64,000 bases of DNA from an uncultured Candidatus Saccharibacteria bacterium. Its GTDB lineage: Bacteria; Patescibacteriota; UBA1384; CAYGGE01. The stretch is from the NCBI GenBank assembly GCA_964349485.1, contig CAYGGE010000002.1, positions 5,737-69,736 of the forward strand, in the 5' to 3' direction. Below are positions 26,551 through 37,413 of this stretch, piece by piece. The notes under the pieces were generated by a model. The model made no database searches, was not told the DNA's origin, and saw nothing but the letters and a program-made list of their open reading frames with translations. The translations under genes and the position numbers were made by a program. The first letter of the stretch is position 1; each line of letters starts with the position of its first letter.

Positions 26551-27850
26551 TAAAACTATCTATGTTTGTGAGAATTGTGGTAACGAAGCATTGCAGTGGG
26601 CTGGTCGCTGTAATTCGTGTGGGGAGTGGAATACTCTACGCGAAGTAAAGGGGTTGGCGAAGACATCTAACGGTCGTGAGTCAACTAGGCTAGGACTGTT
26701 GCCTGTAATTCAGCCGATCCAAGATGTTCAGTCACTCCAGGAAGCTCGACTCCAGACCGGAATGAACGAATTTGACCGGACTCTGGGTGGGGGGATTGTC
26801 GCCGGATCGGTCGTCCTGATCGGTGGTGAACCTGGTATTGGTAAGTCCACCTTACTAATGCAATTAGCTGGCAATATTAAAAATGTGCTCTATGTCTCGG
26901 GCGAGGAATCGGCTAGTCAAATTAAACTTCGTGCTGAGCGTTTGTCGATTCAAGAAGGCGTTGATATATTTACCGAGACTGATGTGACGATTATCTGCGA
27001 TCAGCTGATTGCCCATAAGCCGAATCTAGCTATCCTCGACTCGGTGCAAACTCTTTATGATCCACAGTTTCCCTCGACGCCAGGTAGTATCATCCAAGTC
27101 AGAGAATGCGCGTTACGAGTACAACAAGTTGCTAAAGCGACCGGTATCCCGATTGTGTTGGTTGGCCATGTTACCAAAGACGGTGGCGTTGCCGGACCTC
27201 GTACACTTGAACATCTGGTCGATGTTGTACTATATCTTGAAGGTGAACGACATCGTGGAGCGCGTATCCTACGAACTGTCAAAAACCGATTTGGAGCTAC
27301 CGACGAAATTGGGATCTTTGACATGCAAGAACAGGGTCTTGTCCCGATCGACAATCCATCGAGTTTTCTACTAGCGGAGCGTCAACTCAATAGCTCAGGC
27401 TCTGCGGTTGGCGTTACCCTCGAAGGTACTAGGCCACTGCTGGTTGAGATACAATCACTGACTAACGCCACGGTCTTTGGTTACCCAAAAAGAACAGCCA
27501 GTGGCTTCGATCTGAATCGGCTTAATGTATTAATTGCCGTACTCCAAAAAAGGGCCGGCATAAATCTCTCTAACCAGGATGTCTATGTCAATGTGATCGG
27601 TGGGATCCAATTGCGGGAGCCAGCGGTTGATTTGGCAGTGATTATGAGTCTGGTCTCCGCCCAAAAGAATATACCACTACCGCCTGACTATGCTTTTTTT
27701 GGCGAGGTTGGCTTATCGGGAGAGATTCGATTAGTAAATCAGGCATCAGCCAGAGAAAAGGAAGCCAATCGCTTAGGCTATGGTAAAAAGTTAACTGCCA
27801 AGAACATTAAGCAAGCAATTGACCAAGTATTCACGAAAGTAGGCAAATGA
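26531..27850 (+). CDS. radA: DNA repair protein RadA/Sms
   Basis: CENCGNE...CNSCGEW zinc finger. GGEPGIGKSTLLMQ. Lon-like C-terminal domain. Confidence 0.9.
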   Translation: MMMPTNNKTIYVCENCGNEALQWAGRCNSCGEWNTLREVKGLAKTSNGRESTRLGLLPVIQPIQDVQSLQEARLQTGMNEFDRTLGGGIVAGSVVLIGGEPGIGKSTLLMQLAGNIKNVLYVSGEESASQIKLRAERLSIQEGVDIFTETDVTIICDQLIAHKPNLAILDSVQTLYDPQFPSTPGSIIQVRECALRVQQVAKATGIPIVLVGHVTKDGGVAGPRTLEHLVDVVLYLEGERHRGARILRTVKNRFGATDEIGIFDMQEQGLVPIDNPSSFLLAERQLNSSGSAVGVTLEGTRPLLVEIQSLTNATVFGYPKRTASGFDLNRLNVLIAVLQKRAGINLSNQDVYVNVIGGIQLREPAVDLAVIMSLVSAQKNIPLPPDYAFFGEVGLSGEIRLVNQASAREKEANRLGYGKKLTAKNIKQAIDQVFTKVGK

Positions 27851-28794
27851 TTACAACTCAGTCTCTCACCATCAAGGAGCTTACACTTTTCCTGGCAATC
27901 TTGACTATCGCTGTTATTGCTCTATTTATCACTCGTCGGCTACTCAAGGTCTCATTTCCATACTTTTTTATGGGTTTAACGGGTTTGATCATTGGTTTGA
28001 TTATTGGCAGTATGGTTGCTTCAGTTCTCTCAGGTCTGCCTGGCGAGTATGGACGAATATTGCCGATTATTGTACAGGTTTTTGTGGCCGTCGGTCTCCT
28101 TGACCTGTTCATCGCTCAAACAAGACCGGTTACTAATTATATCGAGCGTGTTTGGGGCAATGTGCTCGCCAATCCAGACGAAACAAATCGACATGATATC
28201 ATACTGGATACTTCAATTCTGATCGATGGTCGGATCGAGGAATTGATCAATACAGGCTTTATCATCGGTAAATTGATCGTGCCCCAATTTGTGTTACTCG
28301 AGCTACAACAAGTCGCTGATTCAAACGATAGTCGTAAACGGTTACGAGGTCGACGGGGGCTTGATTGCTTACGCCAACTCCAACAAAACAGTCGGATTGC
28401 CTTAGAGGTCACCCAAGATCGATTAGGTGAGAAAGAATCAGTCGATCAGAAATTAGTTAGATTAGCCAAACGTCGGGGCTCACGACTCATGACACTTGAT
28501 TCTAACCTTGCCAGAGTTGCGCAGATCCAATCGGTCATCGTGATCAATATTCATGAACTAGTAGCCGGCTTACGACCGTTGCTGATGCCAGGGGAGCAAC
28601 TGACAGTCAAGATCGTCCAGAAAGGGAAGGAAAAAGGACAAGGCGTCGGTTATATGCCTGATGGAACCATGATTGTCGTTGAAGACGGTGACCGTTACAT
28701 TGGGGAAGATGCGGAGTGTGAAGTGACTCGTATCTACCAGACGACGGCTGGAAAGATGATCTTTGTTGCACCGGTTAGTCGAAAGATAAGATAG
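27847..28794 (+). CDS. Membrane-anchored PIN domain plus TRAM domain protein (YacL-like)
   Basis: N-terminal TM segments. PIN motif ILDTSILIDGRI. C-terminal TRAM-like barrel GEQLTVKIVQ...VTRIYQT. radA-adjacent as in Firmicutes. Confidence 0.65.
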   Translation: MITTQSLTIKELTLFLAILTIAVIALFITRRLLKVSFPYFFMGLTGLIIGLIIGSMVASVLSGLPGEYGRILPIIVQVFVAVGLLDLFIAQTRPVTNYIERVWGNVLANPDETNRHDIILDTSILIDGRIEELINTGFIIGKLIVPQFVLLELQQVADSNDSRKRLRGRRGLDCLRQLQQNSRIALEVTQDRLGEKESVDQKLVRLAKRRGSRLMTLDSNLARVAQIQSVIVINIHELVAGLRPLLMPGEQLTVKIVQKGKEKGQGVGYMPDGTMIVVEDGDRYIGEDAECEVTRIYQTTAGKMIFVAPVSRKIR

Positions 28795-28811
28795 TATGCC
28801 AAATACGTCGG

Positions 28812-31667
28812 TTAGAGTGTTTGTCCTACGTACTGAGTTGTCGATTGATTCTCGTTTTGATTAGTATCGACGGGTCGTAGGGTAAAGTAGTATCGTTGAC
28901 CACTGCTCAGTCCAGTTAGCGTTAAATTGCTTGTCGTGCCAGACTTACTTTCTGGTTCACTTGCGTAACGCAGACCTAATGAACCGGAGCTCTCTGATAC
29001 ATAAACTCGAGTTTTAGACAGATCGCTATCATTTGGATTTTGCCAGTTGATCTGGATTTGACCTTTGCCGGGGGTGATAGTGACTCCACTTACATTGCCT
29101 GGCGCGTTTGATTCCTTATCTACTGTGATAGAGATAGAGGTTTTATTTTTTCGGCCATTTCCATCTTGGGCCTCGGCTACTATCGTATGATTGCCATTGG
29201 TAAGTTGCTTAGCGTCGTAACTCATGCTAAATGGACTCTCGTTACTGGTGCCTATCGAATTACTATCGATAAAGAATTCAATCTGCTTAAGGTTAAATGG
29301 ACTACTGGCTGAGGCTTCTAAAGTGAAGTGGTCGTTTAAAGTCTCACCATTTACGGGCCGACTGATGGAAATTTGTGGCCGATTTTCACTAGTAAACTTA
29401 TCACATTTTCCAGTCGGGGGGAGATTGTTCAAACCATTTTGTTCAGCCCAAGCTCGAACCGGTCCCTCCCATGCTGGGTCAGAGGGTTTTTCGGAACGCA
29501 CGCTTGCATAGTATCGTTCTTCTGTCTCGTCGATTGGGGTTTCGTCAGACGCAAGTAGATCGGTTCCTGTACATAATCGGACTTTAACGTGTACATCATC
29601 CTGTTTAGTTGGTACTTGCCAGCTGGCGAAAACGTCGGTGATCGTACTGTTTGGAGGGGTGGCATCACTGGGTAATTTGTTAGATAATTTATCGATTGTT
29701 ACTGTTTTAATACCTGAAGGTCGGAAGAATGACTCATTGGGCAAACTCTTTATGGCATTATTCATGTACTGTTTGAAAATGGGTACAGCGGCGTTGGCAG
29801 CTAACACACCTTTTCCGAGCGGTGAATGGTCATTGTTGCCTGTCCAAACGACGGTGACCAATGACGGTACGTATCCAGCCGTCCAAGCGTCACGAACGTC
29901 GCTTTTACTATCACTTATGCCGTTTGTAGTGCCGGTCTTAGAAGCTACTTGCCGATTGCCAAAGGACAATAGGTTGCCGAATATTGGTTGTTTAGCGATC
30001 TGATCGGCAAGCATATCGCTCATCTGGAAGGCGATCTGAGGGTCAATCGCCTGCTTGCGACCTTTGTCTGGCTTGAACTCCTCAATCACTTTGCCCTTAA
30101 GATCTTCGATCTTCAGCACTACCGTGATGTCTTGCCTAACTCCGCCATTGGCGAAGGTGCCGTAGGCTTGTGCCAATTCCAATGGTTTGACCTCAGCGGC
30201 ACCGAGCACTAAGGACAGACCGTAACGATCCGGTTGGTCAAGGGTTGTAATCCCTAAATCCTCGGACGTTTTGATTGCATCCTTAATGCCTACCAAGGCG
30301 AGAGCTTTCACGGCGGGGATATTTAATGATTGACCAAGAGCTTCACGCATTGTCTTCGGTCCGGTGTACTGACCATTGAAGTTATTTGGCTTGTAACCAC
30401 CGCCGAAATCTGTCTGGAGATCGTAGAACACAAAAGCTGGGTTGTATTTTAACTTAAGGGCTGCGGCGTAAACTAATGGCTTGAAGGCGGAGCCTGGCTG
30501 GCGCTTTGCGGTGATGACATTAAATTGACCACCGATCTCGCTGTCAAAATAGTCGGCGCTACCGACCATCGACAAGATCTCACCAGTCTTTGGATTGAGA
30601 GAGACAAGGGCAGCGTTTTGGATGCCATATCTTTGACGATTCTGGGCAGCTCCGTCAGCCACGGCTTGCTCTGCGAATCGTTGCTGTTCGACATCGAGCG
30701 TGGTGGTGATTTTTAGACCCTTATTAAAAATCTCTGGACCGTATTTTTCCTCAATTACATCGCGGACATGCATCACAAAATGGGGAGCCAGAATAGTGTC
30801 CCGTCTGGGAACAGTAACGAGCTTCTGGGCTTTCGCGGTATCAACCTCCGCTTGCTTGATGTAACCAATTTTCGACATCTGGGTTAAGGCATAGTCACGG
30901 CGTATTTTCAGTTCATCAACATGTGAGCCGTATGGAGAATAGTAGCTTGGCCGTTGAACCATGGCCGCTAAAGTCGCGCCCTCTGAAAGGGTTAACTCGG
31001 TAGCCTTCTTGCCAAAGTAGGTCTCACTCGCCGCTTCAATGCCGTAAATCTGTCCACCGAACGGAATTTCATTCAAGTAGAGCTCGAGAATTTTATCTTT
31101 GGGAAACATGACTTCGAGTTCAATAGAGAGGATTGCCTCTCGAATCTTTCGATCGAATCGTTTGGCCCCCGACTGAATAATTGCATTCTTTACTAGTTGC
31201 TGAGTTAATGTTGAACCACCATATGCTGTTGTTCGTCTCGTGATATCGTAGTAGGCCGATCTGAGCAGGGCGCGAAAATCAATACCTTTATGACTGTAGA
31301 ATTTTTTGTCCTCTAAGGCGATAAATGCTTGTTGAACATGGCTTGGGATCGAGGAGAGCGGGATAGATATCCGACGCTGCTCACCAGATATGGCGTAGAG
31401 GAGATGTTCGCCAGTTCGATCATAGATCTTGGTGGTTTGCTGAGCTTCTAGGTTGCGACGGATACCTTGAGGGGTCGGTAGATCTTTGGCATACCATGCA
31501 AAAAGCAATGTAATACAGCCCAGCCCAGCTAGTGAGGCCATGATGAAGTACTTTTTTAGCTTCTTTTTGTTCAGATTACGTCCCGATAACCGCTTGCGCA
31601 GATCCTTTGCATCGATTTGCAATGGGTTATGGAAAGCAGACAAAAACCGCCATTTTTTCATGTCCAT
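28812..31667 (-). CDS. Class A penicillin-binding protein (GT51 transglycosylase plus transpeptidase) with a C-terminal Ig/Fn3-like extension
   Basis: GT51 motifs EDKKFYSHKGID, GGSTLTQQL. TPase SAFK, SLN, KTGTT. About 200 aa of extra C-terminal beta-rich repeats. Confidence 0.85.
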   Translation of the reverse strand: MDMKKWRFLSAFHNPLQIDAKDLRKRLSGRNLNKKKLKKYFIMASLAGLGCITLLFAWYAKDLPTPQGIRRNLEAQQTTKIYDRTGEHLLYAISGEQRRISIPLSSIPSHVQQAFIALEDKKFYSHKGIDFRALLRSAYYDITRRTTAYGGSTLTQQLVKNAIIQSGAKRFDRKIREAILSIELEVMFPKDKILELYLNEIPFGGQIYGIEAASETYFGKKATELTLSEGATLAAMVQRPSYYSPYGSHVDELKIRRDYALTQMSKIGYIKQAEVDTAKAQKLVTVPRRDTILAPHFVMHVRDVIEEKYGPEIFNKGLKITTTLDVEQQRFAEQAVADGAAQNRQRYGIQNAALVSLNPKTGEILSMVGSADYFDSEIGGQFNVITAKRQPGSAFKPLVYAAALKLKYNPAFVFYDLQTDFGGGYKPNNFNGQYTGPKTMREALGQSLNIPAVKALALVGIKDAIKTSEDLGITTLDQPDRYGLSLVLGAAEVKPLELAQAYGTFANGGVRQDITVVLKIEDLKGKVIEEFKPDKGRKQAIDPQIAFQMSDMLADQIAKQPIFGNLLSFGNRQVASKTGTTNGISDSKSDVRDAWTAGYVPSLVTVVWTGNNDHSPLGKGVLAANAAVPIFKQYMNNAIKSLPNESFFRPSGIKTVTIDKLSNKLPSDATPPNSTITDVFASWQVPTKQDDVHVKVRLCTGTDLLASDETPIDETEERYYASVRSEKPSDPAWEGPVRAWAEQNGLNNLPPTGKCDKFTSENRPQISISRPVNGETLNDHFTLEASASSPFNLKQIEFFIDSNSIGTSNESPFSMSYDAKQLTNGNHTIVAEAQDGNGRKNKTSISITVDKESNAPGNVSGVTITPGKGQIQINWQNPNDSDLSKTRVYVSESSGSLGLRYASEPESKSGTTSNLTLTGLSSGQRYYFTLRPVDTNQNENQSTTQYVGQTL

Positions 31668-31751
31668 CCTTTTATATGGGGAAACTAGCTTTCAGGTTAG
31701 TGTTAGTATACAATATGAGAAAAGTCAGAACAAGTAACCAAAGTACATTTT

Positions 31752-32930
31752 ATGGTAATTAATGAATTAATAAGTCGTAACGTGACTGAAGTCATCGACG
31801 TCAAACATCTAGAGGCCGTCCTACGAGGTGGGAAGAAGCTTCGAGTGAAGTTGGGGATAGACCCCAGTAAGCCCGATCTTCATATCGGTCACGCGGTGCC
31901 TTTACAGAAGTTACGTTCATTCCAAGAATCTGGACATACAGCGATCTTGCTTTTTGGTGACTACACGGCGCAGTTGGGTGACCCATCTGATAAAGTGGAG
32001 ACCCGGGATCTGCTATCAATTGCCGAAACCCGAGCAAACGCCAAGGCTTATCTAAAACAAGTCGGCCAAGTCCTCGACCTTAAGAGGATTGAGGTTCGCT
32101 ATAATTCAGAATGGTATAACTCGCTTAGTATGCGAGAGACAATTATACTATTGTCGAAAGTCAGCCTTAATCACCTCATGAGTCATGAAACTTTTGTTAA
32201 TCGATTGAACAAAAGTCAGCCTCTACTGACCCATGAAATCATCTATCCAATCATGCAGGGCTACGACTCAGTCATGCTTAAAGCCGATCTCGAATTGGGT
32301 GGCCAAGATCAGAAGTTTAATTGCTTGATGGGTCGTTTTATGCAGCGAGCCTACAACCAGCCAGAACAAGATGTCATGCTCTTTCCATATCTTCACGGGA
32401 CTGACGGTCAACAGAAGATGTCGAAGAGTTTAGGTAATACAATTAATCTGGCTGATAAGAGCATCGATATGTATGGTAAGACCATGTCAATTCCCGATGA
32501 ATTGATTATTGAATACTTCCAACTAACCACCCATTTACCCAGTGAGACTATCCAGACTATCCAAAAAGAGCTAGCCGATAGTGCGACCAATCCACGAGAC
32601 GTAAAGATGCAATTAGCTCGAGAAATTACAAGTATATATCATGGCATAGCTTCAGCGACTAAGGCCGAAGAGACCTTTATTACCCAATTTCAAAAAGGTC
32701 AAATTCCAGACACGATGCCTGAGAAGAAACTCAAAGCTAGTTATAAAACGGTCGTGGCAGCACTGATCGACAGTGGACTAGTCGAGAGTGCCTCAGAAGC
32801 CCGTCGGCTAGTCGAACAAGGTGGTGTGCGGTTTGATGGAAAGGTTATGAACGATCCGCTATCTCCAATTAGAATCAAAAAAGGTCAACTTATTCAGGTT
32901 GGTAAACGTCGATTTGTTAAGGCACGTTAA
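31752..32930 (+). CDS. tyrS: Tyrosyl-tRNA synthetase
   Basis: HIGH (DLHIGHAV), KMSKS and a C-terminal S4 domain. Confidence 0.8.
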   Translation: MVINELISRNVTEVIDVKHLEAVLRGGKKLRVKLGIDPSKPDLHIGHAVPLQKLRSFQESGHTAILLFGDYTAQLGDPSDKVETRDLLSIAETRANAKAYLKQVGQVLDLKRIEVRYNSEWYNSLSMRETIILLSKVSLNHLMSHETFVNRLNKSQPLLTHEIIYPIMQGYDSVMLKADLELGGQDQKFNCLMGRFMQRAYNQPEQDVMLFPYLHGTDGQQKMSKSLGNTINLADKSIDMYGKTMSIPDELIIEYFQLTTHLPSETIQTIQKELADSATNPRDVKMQLAREITSIYHGIASATKAEETFITQFQKGQIPDTMPEKKLKASYKTVVAALIDSGLVESASEARRLVEQGGVRFDGKVMNDPLSPIRIKKGQLIQVGKRRFVKAR

Positions 32931-32944
32931 ACACAGGATATATT

Positions 32945-34660
32945 ATGGTTCAATCACAACTTCATGAACTGACTTTATTAGCAACGCGGCGAGCCTACCC
33001 CGATATAGCGTTACCCCAATTTGTGGTAAGCCATCCAGAGAACGAAGATCACGGCGATTATAGCGTTAACATCGCTCTAGTATTAGCGAGGCAAATCAAC
33101 CAATCATCGTCGTCTGTCGCTGATAATATATTGAGTAACTTTGGGCCTATGGCAATCGTCGATCGAGTAGAGATCGCAGGTCCTGGTTTTATTAACTTTT
33201 ACCTAAAGCCTAATTTCTTTTGGTCACATGTCGAACAGGCCATCGAACTAGCTAGCAACTATGGGCGCGATCAGGCGGTTAGTGGAAAAAGAATTATCTT
33301 TGAATACGGACAACCTAACACCCATAAAGTTGCCCATATTGGTCATCTTTACTCCTATTGTTACGGTGAGAGTTGTTCTCGCTTACTGGAAGCAACCGGA
33401 TCTGATGTTATAAGAGCCAATTATCAAGGCGATATTGGACCGCATGTCGCCAAATGTCTATTCGCTTATCTGAAAAATAATTTACCAGATCCAGAGAGTC
33501 TTTCCGATAAGGTCGCATATCTCCAGGAGTGCTACCAACAAGGATCAACTGCCTACGATGATCCAGAAATAAGTCACGAAATTGATGAACTAAACCGAAG
33601 ACTCTATCGTCACGATCCAGAGATAATCTCTGTGTGGGAAAAGACTAGACAATGGAGCCTCGATGCGTACCGCGAATTTGAGGCCCGGTTGGGTATTCAC
33701 TACGATCGTCATTATCTGGAAAGCGAAGTCTATTCGGCAGGTACAAAGGCCGTAACAGATGCAGTCGGTAAATATTTTTTGCAAGATGATGGAGCAATCA
33801 TCTTTCGAGGCGAGCCTTACGGTTTACACACTCGAGTTTTCGTCAATCGACATGGCAATCCAACCTATGAAGCCAAGGATATCGGTCTGATCCAGAAAAA
33901 ACGCGAGGAATATGATTTTGATTTAGCGATTGTCGAGACTGGCAATGATCAAAAAGAATATTGGCAAGTCGTAAAACAGGCGATTGAATTACTCTTCCCT
34001 GAAATTATCGGAAAGTTGACGACTCTTCATCACGGCATGGTTAATCTTTCGACCGGTAAAATGTCCAGTCGCAGTGGTGAGATCCTCACTGCCTTCTCGC
34101 TTGTCGAGAATGTAAAAGATCGGATTAGAACATTCATAAACGAGCATCGTGACTATCCTGATTCGGAAGTTGAAAGAATAGCTGAGATTGTCGCCATCGG
34201 AGCAATTAAGTACTCCTTGCTTAGATCCTCGGCTGGAAGAGATCTAATGTTCGATATCGAGACAAGTATCTCGTTTGAAGGCAACTCTGGACCATATTTG
34301 CAGTATACCTACGCCAGATGTCAAAGTGTCTTAGTAAAGTCTAATTTTAGTGAGGCAAACGTCAATGCACTTAGCGAACTACCCTTAGATAAGCTCGAGC
34401 CGAAAGAACTGGCCTTGCTTAGATATATTTATAGATATGGTGAAACAATGAATGAGGCTGCTACAAGTTATGCACCACACATGTTGGCTACGTATCTGTT
34501 TGAACTGGCCTCACGCTTTGGAGCCTTTTACGGTGAACATCATATCATCACTGACAATGAGGCTACAACCGAGCTCCGGCTCAGTCTGACTGCTGCCACC
34601 TCACAAGTACTAAAAAATGGACTCCACCTATTGGGAATCGATGTTGCCGATCGTATATAG
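32945..34660 (+). CDS. argS: Arginyl-tRNA synthetase
   Basis: HIGH variant AHIGHL. DALR anticodon-binding domain. C-terminal ...YGEHHI... motif. Confidence 0.9.
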   Translation: MVQSQLHELTLLATRRAYPDIALPQFVVSHPENEDHGDYSVNIALVLARQINQSSSSVADNILSNFGPMAIVDRVEIAGPGFINFYLKPNFFWSHVEQAIELASNYGRDQAVSGKRIIFEYGQPNTHKVAHIGHLYSYCYGESCSRLLEATGSDVIRANYQGDIGPHVAKCLFAYLKNNLPDPESLSDKVAYLQECYQQGSTAYDDPEISHEIDELNRRLYRHDPEIISVWEKTRQWSLDAYREFEARLGIHYDRHYLESEVYSAGTKAVTDAVGKYFLQDDGAIIFRGEPYGLHTRVFVNRHGNPTYEAKDIGLIQKKREEYDFDLAIVETGNDQKEYWQVVKQAIELLFPEIIGKLTTLHHGMVNLSTGKMSSRSGEILTAFSLVENVKDRIRTFINEHRDYPDSEVERIAEIVAIGAIKYSLLRSSAGRDLMFDIETSISFEGNSGPYLQYTYARCQSVLVKSNFSEANVNALSELPLDKLEPKELALLRYIYRYGETMNEAATSYAPHMLATYLFELASRFGAFYGEHHIITDNEATTELRLSLTAATSQVLKNGLHLLGIDVADRI

Positions 34661-34677
34661 AGGTCTGTTCTCGGAGG

Positions 34678-36942
34678 CTATTGGAGCAATGTAAATTCGT
34701 AGAGCTCTTTATCGACTACAACCCATGCTTTATGGGTTTTGGGGTTGGCGCGGATGAGTCTTATCTTCTTCTGCCATTCCTTAGGTAAGAAGTATTGGTG
34801 AACGAACTGACCGTTCTTGTCGAACTCCATTATACGTGGTGCAACTTTATCATTACCACGATCGGTAAGATAGTAGTTATTCGCGTCTTCAATGGCGAAA
34901 AAATTAAGAGGGTCACTAATCGTATCGTAAGGTTTGGGTAGGTTAGTTAGTTTGAAATCAAGCTGTTTGCCTCGCCCATATTTTGTCACTGCTCCCGTTT
35001 TGTGGAGTACAAAGACCGAACCATCGATGGCCAGGCTGATCCCGTCTCTTAAACTGACCCTGTTAGTTTTCGTATATTCTTCGGCTGTTGCTACAGCACC
35101 AGAAAGAGTATATTTCCAAACTTCGCTCCCTGCTGGGTCTAGGAGATAGACGATACCACCGAAACTACTTAGCCCTGTAGCAATTGGGAACGACCCGGCC
35201 GCTAGTGCTAACTTGGTTAGAGTTCGTCCGACGAGCGAATAGAGCTGACCATCGTACGTTTGGAGCGTTAGTTTGTCGGAGTTGTTGTCGAGATGAATTT
35301 GATTGACGGCTGAACTGACTGGAATGGTAGCGAGGAGAGTTGGTTCGCCACCAGTCAGTAAGATACTCTTCATGTCACCGTCTGGCGTGGAGTAATAGAA
35401 CCTACCTTCGGCGATCAGTCCAGTTTGGATACTGTCGGTCAGTGTAAATAATGGTCCATCGACCGTGACACGAGTAGCGCCGGCCAAGGTGTCGAGCTCA
35501 CGATTTGCCTCTTCAACTAAGATCGCAGCGCTTTTTGTAGCTTCTGGATCGGCCTCAATTTGCTCACTTAGCGCGAGTAGCTCGAGGAGCGATGTGCGGG
35601 CCAGATCGTTATTGCCATAGATTTTAGCCTGCTTAGCCTGTTTGGCTAGATCATTCATCTGGGAGACCATGGCTTTGGCCACGGCTGGATTGATAGTTTC
35701 CTTTTTCTGACGAAACTCAATACTAGTGCCAATCGCTACGAGCAAGATGAGAGCGGTCACAATATACCAGGTGCGTGGTGAGCGTTTAATCGCGGCCCCT
35801 AATTGGCCAATTGTACCCATGATGATATTTATAATAGTTTGAATCAATAATGTGAAATTGTTAGCACGATGTTTTTTTGAGGTGTAATGATTGACGACCG
35901 GACCACCTTCTCGTTTACTTGATAACGGTGGTAGATTGAGAGCTAGTCGAGAGGGGATAATCTGTTTGAATGATAGACCAAACTTGTTAGCACTAGGCTC
36001 TGCCTTGTTTTTAAGCATAGCCAAGACTTGAGAGCCGTTCGAAGCTGCGCTTGCGGTCAGATCGACAGTTTTTGGCTTAATCTGTTGGGTATAAATCTTA
36101 TTAACTAACTGTCCTGCCTTTCTGGCCCCGCGATCGAGATGCTTGCCTAGCCATGTCGCAAAATGAATAATAGGAGTGCTGATTTGTTTGGCCTGATATC
36201 GAACAATACTCCACGTAGAATCAATCTGTTGGTCTAGATAAATTGTATCGGTACGAAGGATGAGCGAAGAATTTTCTGCACCTTGGGTTGTTTCAAAATG
36301 GATGATGATCGCGTTGGCTTTTCGAATCTTCATCTGCTTCAATCGTCTTGCAATAGCTTTTCCAGCCTCTTCAAGGGGGAGTTTAAGTAATGGCAGAAGG
36401 TCTTCAGTAGCTAACGCCTGATATGTTCCTGGACTACCGAGGAAGATGGTATCATCTGCTGAGAGTTCGCCGGTAATCATGTTACCAAAGATTTGACCTG
36501 GTTTTTGTTCATTTTGTGTGTCATCGGTTACACGATTTAGCTTACCGTCACGTAGATAGTAGGCTTCAGCCACACCCGTAAAGGCGAGGTGAATTTCATC
36601 GCCGACGACTAAGGCTATCAATGCATGGATAGTGTGGGAAAAGCTTTTCTCATTGTCGCGTTCGAGCTGGTCAAGTAGCCGGTTAGCCTTACTTAATGCA
36701 TATTCAAAGCATTCGAGAGGTGTATGCTTCTCTTGTCGATAGTACTCCCGACTGATCATGTTAATCAGGGAAGAGCCAACCGAGGCGACGCTATTCCACG
36801 GTGAGTCAATTTGGAGAACAAAGTAGAGTTTACCGAGATGATGATCGGCGACATCATTAGCCGATACGACTTTTGAGGTCAAAAAGACTTCAGGCAATTT
36901 ACCCGAATTGGTCAGCCGTATATGAGAAGGAACAAACGACAT
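34678..36942 (-). CDS. Large hypothetical membrane protein. N-terminal degenerate PP2C-like domain, a central TM and a C-terminal beta-propeller-like domain.
   Basis: HALIALVVGDEIHLAFTGVAEAYYLRDGKLNRVTDD resembles PP2C, but the DGxGG metal ligands are absent. TM WYIVTALILLVAIGT. Confidence 0.45.
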   Translation of the reverse strand: MSFVPSHIRLTNSGKLPEVFLTSKVVSANDVADHHLGKLYFVLQIDSPWNSVASVGSSLINMISREYYRQEKHTPLECFEYALSKANRLLDQLERDNEKSFSHTIHALIALVVGDEIHLAFTGVAEAYYLRDGKLNRVTDDTQNEQKPGQIFGNMITGELSADDTIFLGSPGTYQALATEDLLPLLKLPLEEAGKAIARRLKQMKIRKANAIIIHFETTQGAENSSLILRTDTIYLDQQIDSTWSIVRYQAKQISTPIIHFATWLGKHLDRGARKAGQLVNKIYTQQIKPKTVDLTASAASNGSQVLAMLKNKAEPSANKFGLSFKQIIPSRLALNLPPLSSKREGGPVVNHYTSKKHRANNFTLLIQTIINIIMGTIGQLGAAIKRSPRTWYIVTALILLVAIGTSIEFRQKKETINPAVAKAMVSQMNDLAKQAKQAKIYGNNDLARTSLLELLALSEQIEADPEATKSAAILVEEANRELDTLAGATRVTVDGPLFTLTDSIQTGLIAEGRFYYSTPDGDMKSILLTGGEPTLLATIPVSSAVNQIHLDNNSDKLTLQTYDGQLYSLVGRTLTKLALAAGSFPIATGLSSFGGIVYLLDPAGSEVWKYTLSGAVATAEEYTKTNRVSLRDGISLAIDGSVFVLHKTGAVTKYGRGKQLDFKLTNLPKPYDTISDPLNFFAIEDANNYYLTDRGNDKVAPRIMEFDKNGQFVHQYFLPKEWQKKIRLIRANPKTHKAWVVVDKELYEFTLLQ

Positions 36943-37074
36943 GTCAGATCCCTCCTGTCACGGTCACTAACTCAAACCAGAGAACTGCCTCGTAAATGTT
37001 TGCCGAGGACCTTTCTCCTATAATATGAACAGTATAACAGAAAAATAGTACTGAAAGAATTGGCTTACAAAATG

Positions 37075-37413
37075 TTAGTTAATGTAGCTGCCGATTTTTT
37101 CGATATTGGCGGCGAGGATGAAGTCGTTATCTGACAATCCTTTGATGGCGTGAGTTTGAAGTGCGATGGTTACTTTATTGTAGTTGATGGTGATGTCGGG
37201 GTGGTGACCTTCTGCTTCGGCAACGAGGGCAATCTTATCGACAAAGGCGATTGCCTCCACAAAGTTTCGGAAGGTGAACAGATGTTGGATTACCTTATCA
37301 TGCTCCACGATCCACTTGAGCGTCAACTCTTTTTGAAGAGTCTCAATCTCAGGCTTCGTCAATGGGGGAACGTTGCCTTCACAAGGGACGCAGTGTTTTT
37401 CAGTTAAGCTCAT
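37075..37413 (-). CDS. Pterin-4a-carbinolamine dehydratase (PCD/DCoH)
   Basis: EGHHPDITINYNKVTIALQTHA signature. Confidence 0.8.
   Translation of the reverse strand: MSLTEKHCVPCEGNVPPLTKPEIETLQKELTLKWIVEHDKVIQHLFTFRNFVEAIAFVDKIALVAEAEGHHPDITINYNKVTIALQTHAIKGLSDNDFILAANIEKIGSYIN

Noticed and set aside
31667-31752. T-box leader upstream of tyrS, and likewise upstream of glyQS and argS
   Set aside because: The intergenic regions are only about 85-120 nt. That is too short for a T-box. No specifier or T-box sequence was seen.
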